Below, piece by piece: positions 38,301 through 51,935 of a stretch of DNA of 64,000 nt. Under the pieces are notes generated by a model. That model was not told the origin of the DNA. It did not search any database and saw only the letters and a program-made list of their open reading frames with translations. Within the stretch, counting starts at the first letter, position 1, and the number at the start of each line of letters is the position of its first letter. Source of the DNA: Selaginella moellendorffii (lineage: Eukaryota; Plantae; Lycopodiophyta); contig NW_003314309.1 of NCBI RefSeq assembly GCF_000143415.4, forward strand, positions 1,299,897-1,363,896, written 5' to 3'. Both the position numbers and the translations under genes were made by a program.

Positions 38301-39856
38301 CCCAACGAAGTGCTTGAGGAACGAGCACGAAGCGAGCAATAAGCGAGGCTCCAAAAAGGGACCCAAAAGGACCAACACATGACATATGGAAGTGTTCGAG
38401 ATGGCCCGAGTTGGGGTCCGAAGTGGAGTCTGAAGTGGAGTCCAAGACGGAGTCCGAGGTGGACCCGAGATGGACCCGAGGTGGAGTCCGAGATGGAGTC
38501 CGAGATGGACCCGAGATGGAGTCCGAGATGGACCCAAGATGGAGTCCGAGATAGAGTCCGAGATGGACCCGAGATAGAGTCCGAGATGGACCCGAGATGG
38601 AGTCTGAGATGGACCCGAGATGGAGTCCGAGATGGACCCGAGATGGAGTCCGAGATGGACCCGAGATGGAGTCTGAGATGGACCCGAGATGGAGTCCGAA
38701 GTCGAGACTGAGACCGGGACCGAGACCGGGACCGAGACCAAGACCGAGATCGGGACCGAGACCGAGACCGAGGCTAAGGCCGAGACCAAGCCCGAGTCCG
38801 AGTCCGAGTCCAAGTCCAAGCCCGAGTCCGAGTCTGAGTCCGAGTCCGAGTTCGAGTCTGAGAGGGTGAAAGCCCAAAGCGTTCGTCTCCCAGACCCTGG
38901 GGGGTTTGGTGAGCTCCAAAAGTATAGTAGGGGGAGGACTGCAGTGGAGCTAGTTTGGCCAGGAAAGGCCAGTTTGGCCCAGGAAGGCCGGACCCAGTGT
39001 TGGGTGATGAGCTGCCCACTGGGAAGTCCAAGACTAGAGTGAACGCGGACCGACAAGCGGGGTAGCTTGGTGAAGTGTTCAAGAGCCGGCTCTAGTTCCC
39101 CCGAGAGATTGACTGGCCGATGCTCCCAGTCCAAGTGTGGGTGGCACTACCTACTTGGATACCTGTCGTGGCTCAACAGAACCTCCCTCTAAGCCCATGG
39201 CTAGAGCACCTAAAGGCGAAAGGCAGGGAGAGTACCCATGAGGCTTGCGTAAGGCCACGGTGTTCCGAAATGTTGTCCCAAAGTCCCAAACGATGAAATG
39301 GAAGAGGAGTAGGCCTCTAATGCAGTGACCAAGGATACGGTCACATGGTGAGGAAGTCCCAAAGGATAGTGGGACTTAGTGGTCAGGCTTGCGGACCTTG
39401 ATCCAGTGGCAGTGTTGGCGAACACGGCCATAGACTAAAAGGGACTTGGTGGGGACTGGAAAAGAGTTGTCGGGGAAGGCTATTCCCCATGTCTGCGGGC
39501 ATCCTAAGGATGCTAAGGAGTAGATCTAGGATGATCGCTCATGGACGGATGGCCTAGTCTTTGAGAGACGGGATTATGATGCAGGTGGCATTAGACCATT
39601 GGTGTGACCAAGGTGAATGGGCATGGCCTAGCGTAATGGGCTGATATGTCGGTGGTACCTTAGGGTGTCGGTCATGGGATCGGACACGTGGAGCACTTGG
39701 ACCAAGTGCAAAGGTTGAGTGGCATGGATGCCATTCTCAGGGCTGGCAAGCCCCAAGTCCTAACTGGGACTTATGGAGGTTGTGAATGAGACTCCTCCAA
39801 GTGGTCGGAGGTGCAGTTAAGTGACTAAAGTAAAATGGAAAAATTAGTCGCTTACA
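32388..39856 (+). mobile_element. Full-length non-autonomous LTR retrotransposon (LARD-like), LTR family A
   Basis: 5' LTR 32388-34125 and 3' LTR 38161-39856 (TG..CA); TSD TGGTG on both sides; PBS TGGTATCAGAGC at 34129-34140; purine tract before 38161; 4-kb interior with no long ORF. Confidence 0.95.
34129..34140 (+). promoter_or_regulatory. Primer binding site (tRNA-iMet)
   Basis: TGGTATCAGAGC located 3 nt after the LTR end. Confidence 0.9.
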
Positions 39857-39991
39857 TGGTGATTTGCTCTCTCTTTTCTTTAGTTTTGCTATAATATTGA
39901 TAACATTGAAGTGATGCTCTATCGTTGACATTATTGATGTCAAGATTCAACTGAAATGAGATATCTCTTGAAAGAATTGATATTGAGTTTC

Positions 39992-42900
39992 TGTAGCACA
40001 CGTAGTTTTTACCCTTTATCCTATGGTGATTTACCATAGGATAATAACGAAGCAGAACCTAAACCTTCCATGTGCCACATGTCATATGCCATATGCCACA
40101 TGTCATGTGTCTAAAGGATAATGGTGCGAAACCCAAGTTTCATGGCCTTGGACCACTAAACAAAGAACGAAACCAAACTCCTAAAGAGCGAAGGTACTAG
40201 AGCACGGAGTGACTCTCAAGTGTATAGCCCAAGGAGCAAGGGACAAAAGCACAGAGCGACTTGGAACAGTCCTAGAGCATCTAGTATCCCAATGCTAGGA
40301 CCAATATGCAAAACAGAGCCAAACGGAATCTAGTGCTATTTCAGCATACCAGTGGCCTAACATGAGGATATATGGGTACTCCACCAGCTAACATGGTATG
40401 GAACTTAGGCTTAAACCCAAACAAGACACAAAACAAAAATAAAAACACAAATGGGAGCTAAACTATACCTCAAGCTGGTCAGCCATACCTGACCTACCGA
40501 CTACCGACCCACATCCCCTCCCCCCCCCCCCAATGTGAATTTGGACATGGGACAAACACCATTGTGTTCAAATAATCTCTATGTTCCGTAAATATGCCAA
40601 ATAAGTAAATCTAAACATAGTATTTAGGACTTAAATGAGACTAACAAAAAAGGCGTGATAGTGAGGGTGTTTGGTAGACATGGTAAGCTATCATCTAGTG
40701 ATATTAAGGAACTAGTCTCAACACACGAGGGTTCTTGCCAAGCCAGTGCAAGACAGAGCAAAAAAGAACTAACAAGCCGGGCCAAATATGCTTAGCTAAA
40801 TAGACACTTAGAAATTCCTTCCTTATACTTATCCAGCCAAGTACAGATGCAAAGTCCAATTTACTAACACTTGAATAAGAGGGATTGATATAGGCTCCAA
40901 CAATATCAATCTTTTGCCATCGTGGCAATAAGGAAAGAATATCCGAAAGGACTAGCCGATAGATAACTTTCGATACCCGAAATCACATTTGCGACATTCT
41001 TTCCCCCTTAGGGAAAATCGATGTCCTCGTCGATGCATACTCTAGTTTATACCATTGTCAAAGAAACAACTCCAGAAAAAGTTCATAGTGATCACACTAT
41101 GTAAGAAATGCACCAACTTAAATGAGTTAAGAGCCAACCTCTTTTACTAACGCACATGTGCTACCAGCTTAGACACCTTCTAGCCATTGCTGACAAAAAA
41201 ACTACTAATAGAGTTAGCCACCCTTGCTACTCTAGTGTCACCCAGCTTAGAAAAGAGTGATATGCCCCTGCCTATAAGGACATAAAGAGAGAAGCCAGAG
41301 GCCCCAACCCTCATAAGCAAAGAAACCAAATGTATCAATAATATTTAGATAGACTACTATAAACAAGCAGTTAGAGTTGTTTATATAATCACGCCCTTTT
41401 AACGAAATAAGGAACATTGATAGAAAGCTGGGTGATGTGACCAGTTAATTGTAATTACCCCATTATTAGAGATTTCATCATGCACACGAAGTGCCAAAGC
41501 CAATCTGTTTATACTAGCCCAAACTCAAAGGTCAATAGATAGATAATATCAAAGTTAGAGACAATGATATCTTAAAGACTTAATTATCAATGAATAATTC
41601 TTAGATTAAAACACAAAAGTATTCTAAATAAGTTATCATCCGATAAACCAATATTAGAGTACATGAACCACCAAGATTACTATAGTTGGAAAATATAGGA
41701 TTCACCATCCAACAAAATTCAATAGCTAGTATATTATTAAGGACACTCAATGACAAAACTTAACTATCAAGCATATTAAACAACTTACAAAAAACAACTA
41801 AAAGAACACAAAGTATCATTGACAGATAAGTAAAATGCTTATGAATGTATAACCTAAAGAAAATAACACTCAACTTATTAGAACTAACTGTAACGATAAT
41901 CAACAGAATAGAATGAATGTTACAAGACCAACAAACACTCATTCATGCTAACTATCACACTAGCTAATCTGAATAGATTTTGGTCAATAATACGAAGGAA
42001 CTCAAGTTACTTAAACAAGTGTCAACAACATCCTACCAATGTCTCAAACCCAAGACATTAATCCAAAGCAAACCACAAAGAACATGTGGTAATATGAAAA
42101 ACCATAAGCCATCAAAGAGACCAATTAACCATCATGAAAAAACATTAATCATCCCACCAATAAAAAGATGTATAATCATTGTCGAAGATAGAATCCACCA
42201 AATCATTCTAAATCAACAATAATTAAGCAAAACTTTTGACAAGGACAATAACTCAAGATGATAGTTATTCATCAGCAATGATTGCCATATGTAAATACTA
42301 ATTTCAACTTTGAAGCTAATAAGCTAAAATGCTTTCCCCAACAACTCCTAATAAATGGAACAATGAGCATAAAAGTTAAAGAACCAAAAACTTGAATAAG
42401 TTTATAACCAAGTCTCTTATAACAATGATCATAAGTTTCATATGAACTAATTTCAATGCTAAAGAAAAAATCATGGTACAACTCACAATATCTTCTTTAA
42501 GATATCCATAAGCTAAACTTTATAATGCAAAAGCTAATGAAGAGCATATTTGCATCAATTCAAAAGCCAAACAAAATAAAGTTATGTTTAACAAGTGATC
42601 ATCAAATTGATCCTTCATGAATCCATCTTTTATAACAAAACATAACTCACTTCATAACAAGCATAAGAAGAATCATCAATGATCAATATAATCCAACTCA
42701 AATTCAACAAAGATTCAAACATTCAAATATCGATCACTAATTCTTCCTCTTGTAGAGTGTAGCACACCTAAACATCAGTCTATAATAGTTATCCCCATGG
42801 TTATGGATTGAATCCATGCCGAAGTCAGTTTGCCAAAACTGACCCAAGTACTAACAAACGAGAGAGACAAAACTATGATTTATAGAAATATATTATTTTA

Positions 42901-45900
42901 TTGATTTGCAAGATTTATTACAAAGTTTACAAAAGCTAGTCTTTATTATGATTCTCATACTTCGTGACAAGCTCACGAGCATATGTAAGATTCCTAAGAG
43001 GTTCCCAAGTTGATTCACAAGTCGGGTAACCTTTCCACTTAACTAGATATTCCTTTGCACGAGCCTGTCTCCAAAATTAAGAATCCAAGATAGTTTCAAC
43101 TTCGTATTCTAGTTCACCGTCCACAATGTTTAGTGGCGGACGAATTGCCCCGTGTCGCGCAACATCCATAGTGTAAGGAATCAATAGATTGGCATGAAAT
43201 ACATTATGAATATTGGACGTCTCTGCAGGAAGATCCAACTGATAGGATACAACACCAATTCATTTCAACACCCGATAAGGTCTAACATATCTCGATAACA
43301 GCTTCTGAGACAAGGAGCCCTTAACATTTGTTCTAGGAAGATAGCCACACCTGATCTCCCACTTGATAGGATACATCCCGATGATGTTGATCCTTATCAC
43401 ATCGATACCTATCTTGAGCTTTACCCATTGTCTCAGTAGCTCTAAACCAGCCTTGGCGTAGCTGCTCCACATAAGTCTCAACGGCCGGGACCAACACTTC
43501 GGACATTGGTTTTGGTACAACAATCTATTAAGGCACCCCACGAGCATTCCCTTGCAACATCTCCCATGGAAAACAGCCAGTAGCACTATAAAATGTGTTG
43601 TTATAACATATTTCTACTATATCCAAATGTTCAACCCAGTTGTGTTGATCCACCGTGACATAGTACCATAAATAATCCTCAATTTGAGCATTCACGCATT
43701 CGGTTTGCCCGTTAGTTTGAGGATGATAAGCCATACTAAACTTCAACTTGGTACCAAACAACTAGAACAGTATGCCCCAAAACTTCTCCGTAAACCTCGA
43801 ATATTTATTTGAGATCATCTCTTCGGGAAGACCACAAACCCGCAGTACTTCATGGAAAAAAAGCTTTGCTGCTTGTTTTGCATTCACTATTCCCACCGTT
43901 GGAATGAAGTGTGCAATCTTCGACAACCGATCCACAACCACCATCAAAGTATCATAACTTTTAGACTTCAGTAAGCAAATGATGTAATCAAGTGTCACAC
44001 TTTGAAATGGCTATGCCGGTGCTGGAATGCACTGCAACTTTCCAGCCTGCTTCTTAGCTTTGCACTTACATTGCTGGCATATAGGGCAGGAATGGACAAT
44101 ATCCGCTACATCACCTTCCATACCAGACCAAAAAAATCCCTTTTTCAACGAAGCCAAAGTCTTTTGCTTTCCACCATGTCCCGCTGCCAGAACATCATGA
44201 TGTTCCCGGAAAAACAACTGCTGCAGAACCTTAGAGGGACGATACAATCTTTCTTGCTTATAGAATATAAGCCCATCCCAAACTGAGAAGTGAAGCTTCA
44301 CATTGGTTTGACTAGCAACTTTCGCTACTTCACTACCAAGGTTCTGCTTCAACATCTCTGCATAGTGCAAAATTGCCTTCGCCAATGGATCACTTCCATA
44401 CAAAGCCTGAAGGTCCTCCAACCAGTCTGAACTGATTGCCGATATTACCCGGAACTGAGCCAGATGACTCAATGCATCCGGAACAATATTGTCTTTACCG
44501 GGTTTATATATAATTTCAATATTATATCTAGCAAGCTTCTCTTGCCAACGAGCTTGCTTTTGCATAAGCTTTGGCTGCATAGCAAAGTAGCTTAGTGTGT
44601 TACTATCTGTATAAACCTTGGTATGTCCACCCAAATAATCTCTCCAGCATTCCAATGTCGACACTATAGCAAACATCTCTTTTTCGTACATTGACCATCT
44701 TCATTGAGTTTCATCCAATTTCTTGGAATATAACGCAACAGGACAACCATGTTATCTTAGTGTAACACCAACTACTTTGTCACAATCTTTCTGTAACACA
44801 ACACCAATAGCATAGCCAGATGCATCACAATGCACTTCGAAGGGTTTATCAAGATCCGAAATCCTAAGAAAAGGAACTATAGTCAAGATCTCCTTCAATC
44901 GTACAAAAGCACACTGACAAGTTAGTGTTCAATGAAACAGTATACTACTTTTCGTCAACTCAGTCAATGGAAGAACAATTCTTGCAAAATTGCGGACAAA
45001 CTTGTGATAGTATCCCGCTAAAATAAAAAAGGAACAAACATCTGATACAGTGGTCGAAACTTCCCAAGACTTCACCGCTTTGACCTTCTTTGGATCCACC
45101 TCAATTATGCCACCACCAACTATATGTCCAAAAATGTTCACATGCAATTGTCCAAAAGCATATTTACTTTCCTTAGCATATAGTTTGTGTTCACGCAATT
45201 TCTAAAACACCAGCTCCAAGTGTTTCAAATAATCCTCCAATGTTTCATTGAAGACCAAAACATCGTCGATATATAGAACAACAAATGTGTCCAAATAATC
45301 TCCAAATATTTTATCCATCATAGTGCTAAACATTGCTAGAGCATTACATAACCCAAATGGCATGACAAGGAATTTATATGATCCGTATCGAGTCTTAAAG
45401 GTGGTCTTCTCCATATCCTAATCCGCCACCCATATCTAGTGATACCCAAATCACAAATCAAGTCACATAAAATACTTAGCCTTTAAGAGTTGGTTAAACA
45501 AGTCATCAATGCAAGGCAAAGGATAACTTTTTTTTACCATGATTTTGTTGAGTGCCCGATAATCAATATATATCCTCATGATTCCATCCTTTTTCATAAC
45601 AAAAAGGACTGGTGCTCCATAAGATGACTTGCTTGGTCGAATATGACCTTTGTCAAGAAGTTTTGTGAGTTACTTCTTGAGTTTAACCATCTCCTTGATG
45701 TTAAAATAATACAAAGCTTTCTTAGGTGGTTTAGAACCTAGAATAACCTCAATCCGATGATCAACCTCACGACTAAGAGGTAGCCCTGGCAGCAAATCTT
45801 TTAGGAAGGTATCCTGATTCCACACCAACAACTCCAATATCTTCTTTGGTATAAAATCAACTCCATCACCAATTCGAACTGAATCACCCACACCTTTAAC

Positions 45901-46100
45901 TTCCATCACTTGAACCTAAAAAGTCTGACATCCCTTTTTAACTACTTTTTGAGTGGCTCTTGCAATCAAGAACTTAACATTTCAATCCTTTGAAGAGCAC
46001 TTTTGCAACTAGAAAGACATATTAAGATGTCCTTATGACTTTAACATGATACGACTTTATCTAACACTATAAATCCTTTTAATATATTTATTGAACAAAT
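39992..46100 (-). mobile_element. 5'-truncated chromovirus with 3' LTR family B (39992-40996)
   Basis: [20 protein letters not shown] abutting TGTCGC at 40996; RT (45202-45414, [15 protein letters not shown]); RH (44011-44691); INT (43528-43998); chromodomain EYEVETIL..EYLVKWKGYP..TWEP at ~42960-43110. Confidence 0.85.
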
Positions 46101-46963
46101 CCATATCAAACACCATCTGGAAATCTGGTATTTTCAACACTACCAAGTCCACTCTTTCAATGGAGTTAAAAACTCCTCAATCTCTCCCACCACCACACCT
46201 TCTAAATCCCCTCGCTTTTCTTGATGTAGGGGAGCCATATTGGTGAGGTTTCCAGGGGGTCCACAAAAGGAGACTACCAGCTTGCTGTGTGTCAGATTGG
46301 ATTCGAGCACAGGTTTGGCGATCCATGAGACTCCTCCACCTTCTGGTGTATACAAAACGTGCTGGCTCTAGAAACGACAAACCATTGTTCTTGGTCTTCG
46401 GTGGAGCCAGTTCTAACACCCATTCTTCACTCGTTGGAGCTCTCCTTAGCTCGAGGCCTGGAGGGCCGGCGAGCTATTCCCATCGTTTCGGCGGTTTTCT
46501 ACACCGCGAGTTCTGCGATCATGCTGTGGTCGCCAACAGTGCTCGTGCTGATCTTGTCGAGGTTGCTGGTCGGCTCAGGTCTCGGCATGGCAGTGACAGT
46601 GATACATTGCCAGAGATCCATGGGACGCTGTCCACGCTGCCGCAGTTCATTGACTTGTGCTCCAGAGGCTGAGGAACAAGACGGACATCTCATGTGAATC
46701 CTCTTGGTTTTCGTTCTTTGTTTATACTCACAACTTCTTTTCATCTTTCCAGCGGAGTTGGCACTGTTGGTGGAAGGATTGGGTGTGAAACCTGCGGTTC
46801 ATTGGTGGATCCGACCACAATGCCTTCCATGATGGAATTCCCTTGTATTCCCAGCTCGGGCTTGAGGCAGTGTAATGCTCCTGGAAAGAAAGATCACACT
46901 GGATGAGCAAAGGTTGAGAAAGCAATGTACCTGCGATGATCATTTTGACTTTAACCGCGCTTG

Positions 46964-48286
46964 TTATTTTTTGCCTCGGGCATATTCTACGATCATCGGT
47001 CTTCCTTTAAGCATGTATCCGTGCACAAGTTGCAATGCACGGGTTGCTGCCACTACGTCTGGAATGTTCAAGATTTCACGTACTGCCAGAATAAACAAGA
47101 TGCGAACCTGGGAATGTAACAAAGGCTTGACCCTTCATTCGTCCTTTTTGCATTAGTCGGAAAAGAATTTGATCGTCTGGTTGTTTCTTAAATCGAAGAA
47201 ACAATGCGGCTAGATCCTCCTCTGTGACTTCCGAGCACAGATTCTTGACGTAGAGAACCTGAGAAAGAAGCGATTCAGCCTTTATCTAGCCACAAAATGA
47301 ACTTACGTTTGAAGGCACACCTTGCTGGTGGTCTCGGAACTTTCCATCCGACCATTCCTGCAACTCCTTGAAAGAAAGCCGGTTCGAGGCGATATTCTCT
47401 TCAGAAACCATGGGGGGATTCTTTTCCTCGTTCCCGGTACTTTTAGCGTCCTGAGTGGCTTCATCCAGATAGGTGTCCAGATCCAGCAGTGGTGGAGCTG
47501 AAGATGAAAACACTTCCGATGACGATCTCGAAATCTCTTTCCCAGATTGCATTCGTGCTCGTTCCTAGTTTTCAAAACCTCAAAATCAAAGAACGAAAGG
47601 AAGTTGGCGACAGTGAAAACTACCTCCGGCGTAGTGCCACAGCAAACGACGCTGAGCTCAGGCAAAGGTTTTCGGAGAGAAACACCTGGATCAAAACAAA
47701 TACTGAAGAATACTTGTAAAACCACACAAAAAAGAAAGCTACCTTCCACAGTAAGATGTGCTATAGCTTGCAATCTTTGCTTTCCTTCGATCAAAGAAAC
47801 TTCCAGCTCCTTCTCATGGCGTCCCATTTCTTGCTTCACAGCTATGGAGCTCTCTCGAGAAAGAGTTTGCTTCTTTCGTTCCATCTCTTGGCTTTGCAAG
47901 AACACCGGGTCTGGACCATACCTCTGGCGTTTGCACTTTTCCTAGAAAATGAAAGAAGACCAGAAAAAACTCTAGCTCCAAGAACAAAGAAAGAAATTCT
48001 TCACCTCAGGCTTTTGGATCTCCCCCTCGTCTTGTTGCGAGCGAAATTCTGCCAAAGTCGAGACTCCTCCAGCCCCGTGAATGCCTCGATAGAAAGATTG
48101 CGTAGCTCCCTTGAATTCCACTTGCTCTAATCTATCCATCCAGCAAGAATGTGAAACCAGCGCGATCCATGGATCGATCGATCGAACATACCTTGCAGAA
48201 GTAGAGAGCTGTCTATCGAGGAGATGCTGGAGCATAAACTCCGCGCGCGTCACCGGCGCGCCTATACCCTCGCCTTCTTCCTCCAT
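46964..48286 (-). CDS. RBM41: RNA-binding protein 41-like (U11/U12-65K paralog), single C-terminal RRM, multi-exon
   Basis: ..EENIASNRLS..GVPSN/VLYVKNLCSEVTEEDLAALFLRF..FRLMQKGRMKGQAFVTFP/..ALQLVHGYMLKGRPMIVEYARGKK*; N-terminal TRAEFMLQHLLDRQLSTS. Confidence 0.75.
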
Positions 48287-48358
48287 TCTTCTCAAGAACC
48301 CTAAAAATATTTTGAGGTTGCGATGAGCATCGTCAGAGCGCCAAATCGCGCGCTTGCA

Positions 48359-49015
48359 ATGGCGGGCGGCGCCGCTGCTCCTTCGCCAGCGCAGCAGGGC
48401 CGCATTCTTTCCCTCGTCCAGGGATGCGCCAGGGATCAGTCTTTCGGAGGTATGGCAGGATTTCTTCTTTCCAGTGCTGGAAATCGAAGTCCATGCAGAG
48501 GGCCAGGTAGAACAGCTCAAGAAGAAGAGCGCGGAGCTCATGTCGCAGCTGGAGCTCGCAAGATCGGAGCTGGAAACGAAGAAAGCGCGCAAGAAATCCG
48601 CGGAGGAGGAGCTCAAGTGCCTCGAGGTGGAGCTTAGCAGCGTGGAAGCCACGATCCAGTCGCGACAGGTGGAAAATATTGCCGATCGATCGAAATATCT
48701 CCTTTCTTTGGCAGGCAAGGCTGGAGAACAAGCAGCTGGAGATTGCCGATACGCGATCACTGCTGGAAGAACTCAAGGTAGGAAAATCTCTCATGAAACT
48801 CTCTTGATCTAATCACCATCGCGATCGATCGATCCTTTCCAGCGCAAGCAGGTGCAAGACAGGTACACATTGCTCGTTCTCGCCAAAGTATTTGACACTG
48901 ATTGTTTCGATCCAGGGACCAATTCATTCAAGAATCGCTCGAGCTGAATGCCAGCATTCGCCAGCTCCAGGAGAGCTCGTCGCGAATCGTGTGTGAAGCT
49001 TGTGAACGCTGCTAG
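48359..49015 (+). CDS. Plant coiled-coil protein (At3g28370-like), multi-exon
   Basis: MAG..QGRILSLV..EELKCLEVELSSVEATIQS..DQFIQESLELNASIRQLQ; GT-AG introns. Confidence 0.6.
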
Positions 49016-49094
49016 CGTTACCGGGAATTGACATTGGCGACTTCTATAACATTTTGGGTATTCTGTTACCAGTTTTGTTTTAGGGTTCTTCGCG

Positions 49095-49871
49095 ATGGCT
49101 AGTGGAGCTGGAAGACGCGGGAACAAGGCGGATAAGGTCTTGGAGTACGAGGCCTTCGTGGACAAACGCCTCAAGCCGGACCTTGTCCGAGCTATTGCCG
49201 AGAGGTAAAAACTTTCTTCTTCTCTTTCATTTTGGTGTTTCCATTGATTCTCTTCTCCTGAGCAGGGACAAGCTCATGGAGCAGCTTAAGACTTAGTAAG
49301 TATCTATCCTTTACTATTTCGCTATAAGATTGCTAACTCTTCTTTTTCTTTGTAGCTCGGATCTTGCCACTAACATCAAGATGCTAGAAGAGAACAAGCT
49401 TGCGAGGCTAAGAACCATGGTGAACTTGGGATCCGAGATTTACTGCCAGGCAGATGTGTAAGCTTTCAGGTACTTGCCTGGCAGCAGGCTCTAAATCCTT
49501 GAGTTTCTCTTTCAGGCCAGACACGTCGCGTATCTTTGTCGACATCGGCCTTGGCTTCCACGCGGAGCTCTCTTGGAAAGAAGCCTTGGACTTCATCACC
49601 ACAAAGACAACGATCCTTGACAGGTGAGCGTACCACCAATATTTTTTTTTATGTTTCTCTAGAGGACAGTTTTCAATAGGACTCATGAGCGCGATTCTAA
49701 TGCCCAGGCAAATCGACGAGGAGACGAAACGTGTCGCGAGAATCAAGTCTCAAATCAAGCTGGTATTTGTTTCCGCGATTTCTTCGATTTCTCCTCCAGT
49801 GACATGATTGATCGATCTTGTTCCAGGTCTGCGAAGGCATTCGCGAGCTCTTGAATTTGGGGCCAGAGTGA
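49095..49871 (+). CDS. UXT: UXT prefoldin-like protein
   Basis: YEAFVDKRLKPDL..LRTMVNLGSEIYCQADVPDTSRIFVDIGLGFHAELSWKEAL..IKLVCEGIRELL across short introns. Confidence 0.92.
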
Positions 49872-50427
49872 TACTGTTCCATTCTACTCGAAACTTAAAA
49901 CTTACTACTTGGAAGTTATACCTTGGAAGATTCTATTTGGGGCAATCGCCGCGCGGAGGTTTTGACACGTGCCCTTCTGTGGCAGACATTAACTCATTTT
50001 TACGACAGCGTGACAAAACGAATGACCATTAGTTAAAGTTAAGAAAAGGGGGAAAAAAGAGGAAGGTAAAGGAAAGAAAAGCGATGGTGCTTGCGATTGC
50101 GATTGTTGCTCGTCATGGCTAGGGTTTCTTGGTGCTTGTAAAGAGAAATAGGGTTGGGGATGCCAAAGTGACACGATGGCCCGTTCCTCGTGAGGGCGCG
50201 CCGCGCGATCGGCAGCTGGAATGGTAAGCGCGCTTGGAAATTCTAGTCCCCACTCACAAATGCTTGCAAAAAATCTCCCAGATCGCGCGCTCTTCTTCCG
50301 GGCCTGGAATTCGTCCTGATTTCGCGATCTTGCGCTCGCCCCGGCGCTAGATTTCGGGAAATTCGGGGGGAAGCCCCACATTCTCAGCGAATGTGTTCTT
50401 GATCGCGGCGATCTCAATCCTTCCAAG

Positions 50428-51685
50428 ACGGGGGCTGCTTGCTGCGTGGCCGCCCGGCGGCCACGCAAGTCTCTCGAGGACGATGTGGTGGAGCAGCAGC
50501 GGCATTACAGGCAGAGAAATCCCTCCCAAGTCTCGGGTAGCTGGGGTAAGTCCCCGGTGGACGATTTCGAGGTCTCGGTCCATGGTGGTCCGCAGCTACG
50601 CAGGCTCTCTTTCTCTTCTGGGAGTAGAAGTGGAAGCCGGATAGCAAGCTCGCCTGTGAGCCACCAGCGGACCTTTTCTGGCAGCTTGTTCTCGCAGGGT
50701 GTGAGCCCCTCGGATAGCTTTCGAACTTCTCAATGGAATTTCATTGGAGGAGCGGCAGACTACATCTTTGCTCTACCAGGTACCTGGAAATGGGGTCCCA
50801 TGATTTACTTTTTTTTCTGGTTTCTCGTTCTAATCCGTTCTTTGTTTGTCATAGATTCGGTTAGCCCTTCTGGTCTTTTGCATTCCAAGGAGGTATGCAT
50901 AGAGTTCTCTTCTTTATGTTGGTATGCCATGATCTTAATTGTTGTTTCTATAGTCCTTTTCGGAACCCGCATCTTCTCATCGAGAGAGATTGAGATGGAC
51001 GAGTGCCAGCAGCCCGTCGGATTTTTTCTCTCCCCAGGACTCCACGAACATTAGCATGGAGCAGCTCAAAGTTGCCGGTTTGCTCCGGCCCCCGGTTGAG
51101 CTACTGACTTGCGGCCTGTGCGCACGCTGGTTGTCTCAGGCGTCGCCGCTGAGCTCACTGCCCGTGGTTGGAGTTCTCTCCTGCGGCCACGTGTTCCATG
51201 CGGAGTGCCTCGAGCACTCGGTTCCACAGGGCCAAAAGCAAGATCCCCCATGCCCGCATTGTGTTTCGTCGGAAAGGTCCCTCAAGAGCGCCTCCAGCAA
51301 GAGTCTCACGCAGTCATCGTCGTCCAAAGGCATACTCAAGAGCTTCTCCCACGCCTCGACGTCCGCAAAGAACAAGCTCTCCAGAGTTGGCGTGATAACC
51401 GACGACGGTTCAGGGGCCGGAAAGGAGCCGCAACTGAGCAAGTTTCCGTCGTCAAGCGGCTCCTCCAAGTCTCAGCTGTCAACTTTCTTCGGTGACAAGA
51501 CGACTCTCGGGAAATCCATCTCCAAGCGGGCGTTCCCATTTATCAGAAGGAAGGATTCGCTGCTGGGCGAATGCAGGTTCCGGAAGCCGGGCTCTCCCGC
51601 CCGAGTCTCGCCCGAGAAAGATTTCACGGTCGAAGAACACAGCCAGTCGAAAGAAGCTCGGTCGACTTCGTTCAGGAGCCCGTGA
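50428..51685 (+). CDS. RING-finger protein (plant MGAACCVAAR family)
   Basis: CGLCARWL..VLSCGHVFHAECLE..DPPCPHC; N-terminal (ACG)GAACCVAAR; introns at ~50780-50950. Confidence 0.8.
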
Positions 51686-51935
51686 ACAGGTGCGCATGGT
51701 GGTGCTCTTTGGCAGCAGCTGTAAGATACTCATAGGACGCCAAATCAGTGTATGTGCCTTGATACCGGTCTGGCAGCTCTCGTCTGATTACTCCGTTTTC
51801 CTTCTCCATCAAATCATCGTCGTCGACGCAATGGTCTGTTCAATCAACAAAGCTTCTCTCTTTTTTCTTTCACTCTTTCTCTCGGCTCGGGTAACACTTT
51901 TACTTTATTGAGATGCTAACCTTGGTTTGAAGTCT

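Noticed and set aside
47972-48794. 262-aa and 153-aa minus-strand ORFs
   Set aside because: Composite of antisense coiled-coil gene sequence plus the first RBM41 exons and introns
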